Shown piece after piece: positions 7,231 through 17,540 of a stretch of DNA of 55,970 bases. Within the stretch, counting starts at the first letter, position 1; the number at the start of each line of letters is the position of its first letter. Source of the DNA: a virus (Duplodnaviria > Caudoviricetes); the IMG/VR virus record IMGVR_UViG_3300035125_000018, positions 1 to 55,970 of that record; one strand, given 5' to 3'. The notes below the pieces were generated by a model, which was not told where the DNA came from, made no database searches, and saw only the letters and a program-made list of their open reading frames with translations. The position numbers were made by a program, and so were the translations under genes.

Positions 7231-10200
7231 CTACTCTCTGGTCTGGATTCGTTCAACTGCGGCCCGAACTGCATAGGACAGCTCGGGAGTATACTGTCTA
7301 CCAACAGCTTCGTATCTGGCCTTGAGCGAACGATCGAAGTCGCGGAGTCCCTTGCCAAGAAGAAGGATCTTCTCGGCTGCACGCTCCATGCCTTTCATGT
7401 CGTCCTTGTTCAAGGCATCGAAGAACTCTCTGTAGTACTTTGAGACTACACGACCCTTGGCTCGCTTGAACGCAATGTCAGGATCCACGCCGTTTCGTCG
7501 GGCTGCATCTATCGTGGTTGCAACGATGGATCGGAGATCAACCTTCTGGAGTCCCTTTGGCAGCTCGGTCTTGTCCACGTATGCAGCCAACGTCTTGGAC
7601 ATTGTGTAGGTCACGGATCCGGGGCTAATCCCCTTGGCCTGGGGAGCGATAAACGCAGTAGGAGAACCGTCGAACGCGGAGGTAATGGAGATCGGAAGGA
7701 ACTTCTTCACGACCTGTGCAGCGCGGGACTGCATCTTGCCCTCGGTGGTAAGCGTGCCAAGGTAGCTGTTGTCGTTGAAGGGAAGATCCCAACCGGACAC
7801 GGTTGAACCAGTGACTTGCTCATAGGCAGTCCGGACGGCCGAAGAAGATTTGCGGAGGAACATATTGGGATCCCCGAGCCAGCCTTCGAAGATCTCGTAT
7901 GCCTGCTTGCCCCATCTCATGTACTGTCTACGCTTGCCAGTGGCGCCGCCTGTATAGCCGGGGAGCTTACGCATGATCGGAGTCAGATCAATATAGGTCC
8001 TGCGGCCGGCCTCATTCATGAACGTGAAAGGAACGTCGCCTTCTTCCGGATCCCCGGCAGCGAGGAAGATGCCGAACTGCCACATATTCGGGAGCCCGAA
8101 CAGAACGATCGAAAGCATTGCCGGCCAGTACTTACGCATCATCTGGTCACGCGCAAGAGGCGACAGATTCGATACGTGCATCTTGTTGAGGATCGGGAGT
8201 CTGGTCAGACCGGAAACATTGGCGGCCGAAAGGGTCCAGTCGGGAGCGAACACCAGAGCGTGAAGGATCTGGCGGGCCTGCGGGGTGGCCCAGGTATACT
8301 GATCCCATTCCTGACCGCCAAAAGCATCGTTGATGTAACGGGCGATATCTTCCCGAACCTCTTTCTGGTCGAACTCGTCGGCCTGTGGATTCGAGTTGAG
8401 CCATTCGTTGTATACACCTTCGGCTGCGTGGAGCTTGATTCCCGGGTGGAACCTGTGCCACAGCCACTTGTCAATGAAACCCTTGTACTTGTTTAGCATA
8501 TTCAGGCCCATCGTGGCCGGCTTGCTGATCATTCCCGGTGTCCTCGAGGCCCAGTCCATAGCTCGCTGGATGTCCTGTTCAATCAGGCCGAGTCGAACGT
8601 CCGGGTTTCCAATGTCAACCATGAGGCCGGCTTCTATCCACGGAGCGAAACGCTCAGGATGGTCTTTCATGTCCTGAACAAGAGCCGTGATATTCTTCCC
8701 TGTCTGCCATGGGTGCATAGCAGGGTTCTTCATGTTCACGCCGAACGTGGCAACAAGGGATTCGAGCAACGCGAACGGATGGAAACCGGAGAACGAGAGC
8801 ATCATGAACTTCGACCAGGCATTGAAGTGTTCAATGAATCGAACGATCGCACGGTTCGAAGCGCCGTAGTGAAGAACGTTCTTCATCAGGTTTTCAGTGA
8901 CACCCTTCCGGACATAGAACTGATCAATGGACTTCGTGAGAGGCGAGTCAATCAGAGAGTAGTCGTTCTCTTCAGGACGGAACTTCTCCATCAAACGATT
9001 CAGGTTTGCTCGGGGGCTGGCTCCTGAGTCGTAGTCCTCGTCCATGAAGTTGGCTAGGTTCCGGGCGTTCTCTTCCAGAACAACGTCGTCTATGAGCTGG
9101 TTTTCGCCGACAGGGATCTCGCCTCGCTTGATCGGAATAACGATCGGGGCGCCGTCAACGTCACGCAGCACGGCCGCGGCCGACACAAGGCCCTTGTTCC
9201 GAGCGGCTGACCACACGGTATTGTTCCAGTCCTTGTAGAGAGCGAGTGCATTGAGGGTACGGGGCACGCGCTTATGGATCTCGGCCGCTTCCTGATACGT
9301 GGGGATCCTCCGGGGCTTCGCCTGGGGAGTGCCTTCGATAATGCTCTTGACCGTTGCCTGCCGTTCGGTGGCCGACATCGGAGCATACCTGTGAGTCACG
9401 TAGTTGGTAACGTAGTTGATCCATTCGTTCTCGGAAAACTCGTTCATGATCCTGTTCGCTTCTTCCCGAGCTTCATCGAAACGCTGGCGCATACGCTTCA
9501 TGACCTCGGCAGAATCAATCACCTTGAGATCGCGCGTCCGGACATATTCATCCCAAGCATCGAGCAGATCCTTCGGGCTAACTTCATTCCCTGCTTCGTC
9601 TGTCAGGAACGTGATCTCGCCGGTAGCAGGATTCTTGGTAACGGGGATCCGGTTGGATCCATCGAGAGCTGCGCCGACACCAACAAGGAAAGCGTTGGCA
9701 CGGTCCTTGTGGCCCTCGGGCATATCCTTGGCCTTGTCGTCGAGCCCGAGATCGGAACGCATCTTGTCCAAGAACGCAGTCTCACGGAACTTCGCGGCCC
9801 GGATGTTGCGATTGATCTCGAGTAGCTTCTTGTGGAACGCCGCCGGCCCGACGTTGAACCAGTTGTTGTACTCTTCGAAGATGTCGTCTATGGACTCGAG
9901 TACTCTGGTATCCTCGTCCTGCTGTTCGGTGAGCTCGAACTCTGCATTGTTCATCTGCTCGGTGAGTGCGCCCCGCATCTCTTCGTTGAATCGCGGCAAC
10001 GGAGCCAGCTCTCCGGGCATAATCGTAGGTTCTTCTCTCCGTTCTGCCTCATACTCTGCAACACGGCGCCGGGCTTCTTCTTCTGTCAGCCCTGTAAGGT
10101 CCGGAGGGATATCAATATCCTGAGCATCCTCGGGAAGATCCGGACGAAAAGCAAACGTCCGGCCTTCAAACGGAGCTGGTCGAAGCAGGTTGCCAAAGGC

Positions 10201-13200
10201 TCGCTGATCTTCGATCGTGAGATTTCTCCAGAGCTGTCGGCGTGCGCGTTCGTCGCCAGCCAAGGCACGCTCGATCATGTTGGTATAGTTGCGGGCTTCC
10301 TGATCGGAGAAGCGGCGCATATTGTTGAACCGACGAACCGCTTGGAAGATACGATACGGGAGAGTACCAGGCCGCGGAGTAATGGCCATGCCCTGTTCGA
10401 GAGCGAAGGTGCGGCCCTCGGCCAAGGCCCTTTGTCGGGCATCCTCGAACGCACGTTCCATCTCTGTCGTGAAGGTGCGCTGTGCGGTGTCGCCTTCAGT
10501 GATCTTCTCCCGGCGCATCTCCGGGCTCATGGCTGCGTTCCATGCCTCGGAAAATACAGGCATCCAATCCGGACCTACGATCTTGTCGCCTCGACGCTGA
10601 TCAAGTCCGGCCACAACGATTCGACGCGCACGGTTCGTAACAAGGAAGTCATGTATCTGTTCGGCAAACTCCCTGATCTTTGCCTTGTCACCCTTCATGG
10701 CGCGAAGCTCATCAACGGAAACCATCAGCTTTGCAGCACGGCGAGAGAGTCCGGTTGCCTCGACAGCAACGGGCTGAGTAAGACGCTGCGGACGGAGAAC
10801 AATCTCTTCCTGTAGGCGCTGCCTGATCTCTTCGACGCGAGCCGGATCACGTTCAACGCCCTGTCGGCGAGCAACACGTTGGGCCAGCTCACGGACACGC
10901 GCTGGATCCTGCCTGAGCTGTGACAGTTCTTCGGCTGAGATCAAGGGAGTACGGATATCACCACGTTCTACGAAGTCTCGCTGGCCGAACGGACTGACAT
11001 CGAGTGCAGCCAAGACTTCCGCACGATCGCCTCGGGGCAACACTCCGGTTTCTGCTGCCAATCCCATTCTCTGAATCGGATTTCCAAGAGGATCTTCAAG
11101 ACCACGCTCTGAAAGATCCACAACACCAATCATCGCTTCAGGCTGTTGTCCCATCTCGGAAGCCAGCTCGTATGCCTCGTTGACTAGGCCCCTATAGTTC
11201 TCATCGTTCACACGTTCGGGAGCCAAGAACGCATCCCAAACCTGATCGAGCTTCTTGCGGAGAGCTTCTGTGCCTTCACGCTCGACACGGACGCCCGGAC
11301 GGTCGGCCTCGGGAACGGTCAACCGCTGCATGATTTCACGGATCCGTGTAGATCCTTCTTCTTCACCGATCGTACGATCGCGGAGAACATCGAGAGAATC
11401 GAGTATGACAGCGATATCCGGTTCAGGTAGCAGGATGGCATCCTCTGCCTTGACCAAGTGAGGGACCTGGCTCATGTCTCTGGTTTCAGCCCAATCGCCG
11501 GCAATGTCTACCCAATCGTTCAACGAACGGTAGACCAGGCGCCCTTTGATTTCCCGAACGGGATCCTTGAGTTTCTTGTTGACCGGAGGAACCATGTTTC
11601 TGTCTACGATCACAGCGTTCGGGAGTCTCCGGCCCTGCTGATTCGCAAAGCGGAGCATACCAGTACCACCGGTTACGACAAGTACACGGACCTGATCACG
11701 GAGAGGCGCATCGGTAAGCGGGATCATTCTCCAGAACGGACGAACATCCATCGGCCGGAACGTATCGGGTATACCACGACGGCCGCGAAGAGGCTGATAG
11801 AATGATTCTTCCCCGAGAGCCCGTTCTTCCCGAGCCTGTGCCATCTCTTCTTCGGTCATGGCGAACGCCGGCCGGACTTCCGGAGACAATGGAAGTGCGG
11901 CTCCTGCGCGAACCGGACGAAGCGCGGCAACAGGTGGACCTGTCTGGAACATCTGTCGGGGAACGTCCTCGAGTTGCCGTATGAGAGATTCCTTGGATAC
12001 AGGATTATCTTCGGGAATGACTGTCATGCGGCGCAGGCCACGGCTTTGACTTTCCATCTTCTCGGCCAACTGTTCGGCGCGTTCCCTGTCCCTGTAGCGA
12101 TACCGTGTTCTTGCAGATGTTCCGTCCGGACGGATCTGCGCGACAACGAAACGTGTTCTCCTGGGCGGCTTGTATCCCAAGGCCACGGCATCGTTGTAGA
12201 TATCTTCGGCCGTGACTTCGCCCCATTCATTCAGCCAACGTTCCATCGGAGATTCGGGGATCTCTTCACCCTTGGCTCTGCGGTCCTCGACGTTCGCATG
12301 AATCTGCTTCAGCCATTCGGGAGCCACGGCTGCAGCATCGGCCGCGCTGAAAGCACGCTCGAACTGCGGTGGCGTAGGATATGCAATCTCTTCGTAGTCA
12401 ACACGCAGAGAAAGACCGGTACGCTCTCTTGGCTCGGCAAGAGAAACGACAACACGGAAGATTGGACGGCCTTCGGCATCAACCTCGTTGGTCGGGATGA
12501 ACTTGACTTCTTCGGACTCGGCGATCGGCGGCTGTTCGAACGCGGCCCTCCGGACCTGCCTTGCGCTGATAACCTTTCGCCGGCGCTCCGGTACTTGTCT
12601 ACGGGCAGCTTCCGCGGCCGCTGGAAGAACGATGTTCGGATCCAGTATGACTTCCCCTCCGCGCACAACGTACTCTCGATCGGCATGTGCATCCCAAGCC
12701 TGAGCTCGTCGTTTCTCTGCTTCGAATCGCTCGGTAACTTCCTCGAGAGAAACGAGTCCTTGCTCGACACCTGAACGCTCACCGAGTCGAATTCCCTTCG
12801 GACCCTCGTTCCTATTGACCGTGGCGTTCGCGAAATTCTTGGTGGCATGAAGCATACGCTTGTACCTGTAGTACACTGTATCTGCCAAGGCTGGATCGAA
12901 CTCGTCCTTCTCGGAGATCACACTGACATCGAGTTGCAGGGCAGGATTGACCAGTGTCCATTTGAAGGCCGGCTTGAACACTCCGGGGAACTGTGCCTGT
13001 TCTGCGGTCCTGGGGACGGTACGATAGAGAAGCTGAACGAAGTTACCTTCACCGTCCATGAGATTCGTAGCGTACTGCAGTATATCCCCGTACCCGTCAA
13101 CGAGCGTTCCCTGCCTGAGTACAGGAGTACGTTGGGTTTCCTCGATCGCGCTCTCGAGAGAGAACGTGACACCCTTGATACGCATTTCACGAAGAACGCG

Positions 13201-15930
13201 ACGGACACCTTCGAGATTCGCAGCTTGACGGAGATCCTTGTGTACGGCCAGGTTCAACAGCCCGATCTCAGGAGTAGGCTTTGCCTTGGCTACAATCTCT
13301 CTCAGGCGTGCAGCTCGGCCAGCCTTTCGTTCCTCGAGGGCTTCCCGAAGCTCGGCTTCTCTTTCGCCGATCTCGAGAGGCGGCTGCTTTACGCGGGAGA
13401 AATTCTTGAGCATCGTTTCACCGATGATATCGCGGAAGTTACGCATGACATCTTCGGGAACGTCTACACCAACGAGCTGCCGGGAATGGGAATCGAGATC
13501 CCTGTGCGTCTGGAATCCAAGGCCGGAGATCATGTACGTTTTCACGGCCCACTCGAAACGGCCTTGAGGCGTGGAGAGCATTTGGAACTGAGCCTCTTCC
13601 CGCTTGTTGCGCTTCTTCTTGTTGGCCAGCTCCGTGTGTCTGTTCTTTGCCCAAACGTCAATGGCCGGCGGGAGTCTCATTTCGCCTGTGTCCTGCTTGA
13701 CCTTGGCTTCGATCATATCCTCGACAATGCTGATCTCCGAAGCTGCGGTCGAGATGTCTATTTCCGTGCCTTTCTTGTTGGTCATAGCTGCACGATACAT
13801 GGCGTAACGCGCTTCACCGTTCGGGCCTTCATGATCGTATGCCTCGGAAGCAGCCGGGATCCAGTAACCAGCTTCTTCGTTGAACTGTTCCCTGGTCCCG
13901 ACGTAGACAACAGGCAGAGTCTCGAAAACCCGAGCGTTAAGGTTCGGATCCGCGAGGACTTTCTGCATCATCTTGTAGCGATCCTTGATATAGGTCATAT
14001 CGTTGGTATTCCAACGAAGCCGGAAGTCATTCCTCTGTTCGGTCGTCAGCTTCTCCCATGGAGTACTGAACTGCGTGATGTCGGCCTCACCAATCCGCGC
14101 TTCCTCTTCCCGAGCATCCACGTTCTTGACCGGAGTGATATTCGTTCGCTTCTGAAACTCGACAACTTCCTGCGGGCTCAAGCCTTCATTCTTGATGAAG
14201 AATCTTCGGTTCTTCTTCGTCTCTTTGACGATGATGCGGCCTTCCTTCACATCGGCATTGAACTTGGCGACATCCTCAGCCGTGAGGATCCCCTTTGAAT
14301 GAACACCTCTGAGCATTGAAAGAGCTTCAGTGATGGCATCAAGACCGGCCCGAGGATTGTCGGGCTGTGCTTTCTTGGCTCGTTCATAAGCGTTCCGCAT
14401 ATTCTGAACAAACGAATTGGGAAGAATGTCCCTCACGGATCCGCGCCGAGTGTCACCAAAAATACGAGTCAGAAACTCAAACGGAGTACCCTTAAACCAG
14501 TTATCAGATTCTTGGTTGAGCAATCTCCACAGCTCGTCTGTTTTCGTGCTTGCCTCTTCTTCAGTTTCGACAATGGCATCCTCGTTCTTCATTACCATGT
14601 TCTGAACGAGCTTCATGTTCTTGGCTGCCTGGAAGTAGGGAACGCCTCCCTCGATACGACCAAGACCATTTGCCATCAGGGGCAACGCGGAGAACGCAAC
14701 AGCTTCGGCCGAGAGCTGCTTCATCCCCGGCCAGAGACTACGAACAGCATTACCAAGGCCGGCTTTACCTTCGACGCCAAACAGGCCACGAAGAAAATCC
14801 CCGACACGTTCTTCGCCGATTTCCTCGAGAACATTATTCACGCCCATATAGTTAAGTGCGGTCCAGGCGGCCTTTGTTCCCATTGTACCGTTACGGGCAG
14901 AGATCCAACTGAAGATACCGGCGCGTCCGAGCTTCTGAGCAACGCCTTGAGGAAGCAGTCTCTTGGCTGCAGCTCCGAGATACCGGCCGGAAAACTCTGC
15001 AGCATATTCAAAATTCATATCCATGATGCCCTTGGCAACCGACCAACCAACAGTCTCATCTCCTTGGGCGAGGGCATTACGCAAACGGCGGTTTGCGATG
15101 GACTGACCTGTGCGGGCAGGATTCAAGGCTTGCTGCAGGAGTGCGTATGTCTCGAGCTCGGCGCCGACCTTCGCGATCTTCCCGAGAACTGTCGCGGCTT
15201 TCTTGCGGCCAGTGGCTTTCGCAAAGCCTTTAATCGTAGCCTGTTCGAGAGATTCACCAACAGCCTGCGGAATAGCAAATCCTCGAGCTGCGGCCTTCGT
15301 GAGTTTTCCGGTAATCTTCGCGGCCTTCTTTCCGAGTCCACGATAAACCATCCTGGTCAACCACTTGCGAGCTCTCTGTCGGGCTGCTGTCTTGGCTATA
15401 GTTCTTCCTGCGATATCTGCGCCGATCGCGGTTGTCGTAGGCTCAGGAGCCAGAAGGCCAGCAAGAACAAAAGCGGCCGCGACCTCGGATCCATAGGCGA
15501 CAGCGCCTTGAATGATGTCAACAACCAAGGCCCCGAAGGTCTGTTTCTTCTTCCGGTTCTGAAACTCCATGTAGTAATTCAGATCGAGAAGTTCCTGATC
15601 GGAAACGTAGTGGCCCTTGCTGACCTTCTCTGCGGTCTTGGCGATTCCGAGAGCATACGGGATCTCTGCATACGAACCTACGAACGGAACATCCTTCTTC
15701 TCGGGATCGAACATTTCTTCGAAGATCCCGCGCCGACGTTCCTGATTCTTCTGTACGAGATCGAGGTACGCTTCACCACCGGACAGATTCTCGACAGGAT
15801 TCTCGAGAGGGCGGCCGATCCAATGTGCCGTAGGATATCCGGATGATACAAGATCCGAAGGGGATCCTGCCGCATACGGCTCAATAACCGTGTAGCCCGG
15901 ATTCTCTGGCTCTATGATCGTGTAGCTCAT
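7231..15930 (-). CDS. Giant internal virion / ejection protein (large polyvalent protein-like), 2899 aa
   Basis: Last of three internal-protein genes after the tail genes; Ala/Gly-rich hydrophobic N-terminus; helical C-terminus with hydrophobic segments. Confidence 0.7.
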   Translation of the reverse strand: MSYTIIEPENPGYTVIEPYAAGSPSDLVSSGYPTAHWIGRPLENPVENLSGGEAYLDLVQKNQERRRGIFEEMFDPEKKDVPFVGSYAEIPYALGIAKTAEKVSKGHYVSDQELLDLNYYMEFQNRKKKQTFGALVVDIIQGAVAYGSEVAAAFVLAGLLAPEPTTTAIGADIAGRTIAKTAARQRARKWLTRMVYRGLGKKAAKITGKLTKAAARGFAIPQAVGESLEQATIKGFAKATGRKKAATVLGKIAKVGAELETYALLQQALNPARTGQSIANRRLRNALAQGDETVGWSVAKGIMDMNFEYAAEFSGRYLGAAAKRLLPQGVAQKLGRAGIFSWISARNGTMGTKAAWTALNYMGVNNVLEEIGEERVGDFLRGLFGVEGKAGLGNAVRSLWPGMKQLSAEAVAFSALPLMANGLGRIEGGVPYFQAAKNMKLVQNMVMKNEDAIVETEEEASTKTDELWRLLNQESDNWFKGTPFEFLTRIFGDTRRGSVRDILPNSFVQNMRNAYERAKKAQPDNPRAGLDAITEALSMLRGVHSKGILTAEDVAKFNADVKEGRIIVKETKKNRRFFIKNEGLSPQEVVEFQKRTNITPVKNVDAREEEARIGEADITQFSTPWEKLTTEQRNDFRLRWNTNDMTYIKDRYKMMQKVLADPNLNARVFETLPVVYVGTREQFNEEAGYWIPAASEAYDHEGPNGEARYAMYRAAMTNKKGTEIDISTAASEISIVEDMIEAKVKQDTGEMRLPPAIDVWAKNRHTELANKKKRNKREEAQFQMLSTPQGRFEWAVKTYMISGLGFQTHRDLDSHSRQLVGVDVPEDVMRNFRDIIGETMLKNFSRVKQPPLEIGEREAELREALEERKAGRAARLREIVAKAKPTPEIGLLNLAVHKDLRQAANLEGVRRVLREMRIKGVTFSLESAIEETQRTPVLRQGTLVDGYGDILQYATNLMDGEGNFVQLLYRTVPRTAEQAQFPGVFKPAFKWTLVNPALQLDVSVISEKDEFDPALADTVYYRYKRMLHATKNFANATVNRNEGPKGIRLGERSGVEQGLVSLEEVTERFEAEKRRAQAWDAHADREYVVRGGEVILDPNIVLPAAAEAARRQVPERRRKVISARQVRRAAFEQPPIAESEEVKFIPTNEVDAEGRPIFRVVVSLAEPRERTGLSLRVDYEEIAYPTPPQFERAFSAADAAAVAPEWLKQIHANVEDRRAKGEEIPESPMERWLNEWGEVTAEDIYNDAVALGYKPPRRTRFVVAQIRPDGTSARTRYRYRDRERAEQLAEKMESQSRGLRRMTVIPEDNPVSKESLIRQLEDVPRQMFQTGPPVAALRPVRAGAALPLSPEVRPAFAMTEEEMAQAREERALGEESFYQPLRGRRGIPDTFRPMDVRPFWRMIPLTDAPLRDQVRVLVVTGGTGMLRFANQQGRRLPNAVIVDRNMVPPVNKKLKDPVREIKGRLVYRSLNDWVDIAGDWAETRDMSQVPHLVKAEDAILLPEPDIAVILDSLDVLRDRTIGEEEGSTRIREIMQRLTVPEADRPGVRVEREGTEALRKKLDQVWDAFLAPERVNDENYRGLVNEAYELASEMGQQPEAMIGVVDLSERGLEDPLGNPIQRMGLAAETGVLPRGDRAEVLAALDVSPFGQRDFVERGDIRTPLISAEELSQLRQDPARVRELAQRVARRQGVERDPARVEEIRQRLQEEIVLRPQRLTQPVAVEATGLSRRAAKLMVSVDELRAMKGDKAKIREFAEQIHDFLVTNRARRIVVAGLDQRRGDKIVGPDWMPVFSEAWNAAMSPEMRREKITEGDTAQRTFTTEMERAFEDARQRALAEGRTFALEQGMAITPRPGTLPYRIFQAVRRFNNMRRFSDQEARNYTNMIERALAGDERARRQLWRNLTIEDQRAFGNLLRPAPFEGRTFAFRPDLPEDAQDIDIPPDLTGLTEEEARRRVAEYEAERREEPTIMPGELAPLPRFNEEMRGALTEQMNNAEFELTEQQDEDTRVLESIDDIFEEYNNWFNVGPAAFHKKLLEINRNIRAAKFRETAFLDKMRSDLGLDDKAKDMPEGHKDRANAFLVGVGAALDGSNRIPVTKNPATGEITFLTDEAGNEVSPKDLLDAWDEYVRTRDLKVIDSAEVMKRMRQRFDEAREEANRIMNEFSENEWINYVTNYVTHRYAPMSATERQATVKSIIEGTPQAKPRRIPTYQEAAEIHKRVPRTLNALALYKDWNNTVWSAARNKGLVSAAAVLRDVDGAPIVIPIKRGEIPVGENQLIDDVVLEENARNLANFMDEDYDSGASPRANLNRLMEKFRPEENDYSLIDSPLTKSIDQFYVRKGVTENLMKNVLHYGASNRAIVRFIEHFNAWSKFMMLSFSGFHPFALLESLVATFGVNMKNPAMHPWQTGKNITALVQDMKDHPERFAPWIEAGLMVDIGNPDVRLGLIEQDIQRAMDWASRTPGMISKPATMGLNMLNKYKGFIDKWLWHRFHPGIKLHAAEGVYNEWLNSNPQADEFDQKEVREDIARYINDAFGGQEWDQYTWATPQARQILHALVFAPDWTLSAANVSGLTRLPILNKMHVSNLSPLARDQMMRKYWPAMLSIVLFGLPNMWQFGIFLAAGDPEEGDVPFTFMNEAGRRTYIDLTPIMRKLPGYTGGATGKRRQYMRWGKQAYEIFEGWLGDPNMFLRKSSSAVRTAYEQVTGSTVSGWDLPFNDNSYLGTLTTEGKMQSRAAQVVKKFLPISITSAFDGSPTAFIAPQAKGISPGSVTYTMSKTLAAYVDKTELPKGLQKVDLRSIVATTIDAARRNGVDPDIAFKRAKGRVVSKYYREFFDALNKDDMKGMERAAEKILLLGKGLRDFDRSLKARYEAVGRQYTPELSYAVRAAVERIQTRE

Positions 15931-17519
15931 CAGAAGTCAAGTCGCACAAGGCCAACTCCCTTGATGTAAACCATATCTCCAACACCGAATCCCGCTGCCC
16001 GAGCTTCTTCTGCCGAATTGAACTGCTGCTGTGAAGAAGGCACTTCGCGATTCGTAGCTGTTGGCGGGGCGGGTACTGTCCGAACCGCGGCCGGCTGGCC
16101 CGGTTGCGGAGCCTGTTGAGGACCAGGCTGCGGCTGCGCGAATCCACCTTCACGGCGAATGGTGCGGACGCTCTCGTAACGACGGGTCGGCGGCTGGAAC
16201 TGTTCGAGCTCACGCTCGAGTCTCTGCCGCTGCCGAAGGAGCTTATTGTACTTCTCGCGTTCACGTTCACGCTGGATATCTTCGGGAGTCAGACCACGAA
16301 GCTCATCGAGGAACTGAACCAGCTCGTTCTGCGCGGCCTGGCTCTCGAGCTCGTCGCCTGTAGAAATCATGTGGGCGAGATCCGTAAGCGTATGAACGGC
16401 CTGCCAAGCCGCTGTCCTGTTAGGATCTGCATAAGCACGGCCGAGAACATCGCCGACATCGCCGAGCTTTCTGAACGGACGACCCCAATACCGCTTCGCT
16501 CTTTCCTTCAGGGTTCTTGGACGCTTCAACTCAATCTGATTCACGTAGTCTTGCATATACATGAAGAGAGCCTTTTTCTCGTCCGAGTATCTTCCCTGCC
16601 GGACTTCTTTTTGGAGCCATGCAGTCAGACCCTTCTTGAACTTCTGTGGAGCATCGCCTTGGATCCTTTCTTCACGGAGGAACGCCTTGTGCTTGCCCCA
16701 CTTCACGGGCCAGTCAACGACATAGACATCTTCCTTCTCGGGAATGAATTTCCTGAAGCCCCATTCCTTCGGAGGAACGCCACCGGTCTTGATGTGAAGG
16801 GCTCGCCGTTTTGCAGCTTCTTCCGAGATGCCTTCCATCTCTTCCTGCAGGAGTATGTTCTTCCTACGGAGCTGTTCCTGCCAGAGCTCACGGTCAATAG
16901 CGTTCTTCTTCATCCAGAGAGTAAGCCTGTCGTTTTCCTGCTGATTCAACATGGCCATCATTCTCTCGGGAGCATACTTGCTCTGAGAAATGTAGTGATA
17001 GTCGGGCCCAAGATTTGCCCGAGCCCGCTTGTAAACATCGGCCAGCATTTCCATGTTCCCCGAACTCATGGCCTCGTAGACCTCGCCGGCTACCTGTTGA
17101 TCAAAGGCTTGAATAACCTGAGTAGCCCGGAGTTTCTGTTTGGCCTCGAGAGTCTTTTGGCGATCCTCGAGGGCGAGCTGCTGTGCCAGGGATTCCATGC
17201 GTTCGGCAGAGTTGGCGACCTTTGCACGTTCGAGATCGTACTGCATGATCTGGCTGGCCATCTGTGCCTTGTTCATCTCGACTGCAAACATCTGCTTCGA
17301 CTGGTCGAGCTTCGTAGCCAGAGTTTGAAACGTAAGATCCATATGCCGGCGCTTCAGCGTATGGAGCTCCCGATTCATCTGGATCTTGTCGGATTCGGAA
17401 ACGGCCTCGAGTCCGGCCATGATACCACGCGCCTCATACTCGGCCGTCCGATCCTTTGTCTTGTCCACCCAGGCCAGAAGGTTTGGCCCTCTGTGTACTT
17501 GATATACTGGAAACGCCAT
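15930..17519 (-). CDS. Internal virion (ejection) protein, coiled-coil
   Basis: Helical Q/E/R-rich; C-terminal AEEARAAGFGVGDMVYIKG module; position. Confidence 0.6.
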   Translation of the reverse strand: MAFPVYQVHRGPNLLAWVDKTKDRTAEYEARGIMAGLEAVSESDKIQMNRELHTLKRRHMDLTFQTLATKLDQSKQMFAVEMNKAQMASQIMQYDLERAKVANSAERMESLAQQLALEDRQKTLEAKQKLRATQVIQAFDQQVAGEVYEAMSSGNMEMLADVYKRARANLGPDYHYISQSKYAPERMMAMLNQQENDRLTLWMKKNAIDRELWQEQLRRKNILLQEEMEGISEEAAKRRALHIKTGGVPPKEWGFRKFIPEKEDVYVVDWPVKWGKHKAFLREERIQGDAPQKFKKGLTAWLQKEVRQGRYSDEKKALFMYMQDYVNQIELKRPRTLKERAKRYWGRPFRKLGDVGDVLGRAYADPNRTAAWQAVHTLTDLAHMISTGDELESQAAQNELVQFLDELRGLTPEDIQREREREKYNKLLRQRQRLERELEQFQPPTRRYESVRTIRREGGFAQPQPGPQQAPQPGQPAAVRTVPAPPTATNREVPSSQQQFNSAEEARAAGFGVGDMVYIKGVGLVRLDF

Positions 17520-17540
17520 TGTGACTCTCCTTGCTCTTGG

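Noticed and set aside
7231-15930. Virion RNA polymerase (N4- or crAss-like)
   Set aside because: No DxDGD or T7-type polymerase motifs recognised, and sigma70-type promoters are present
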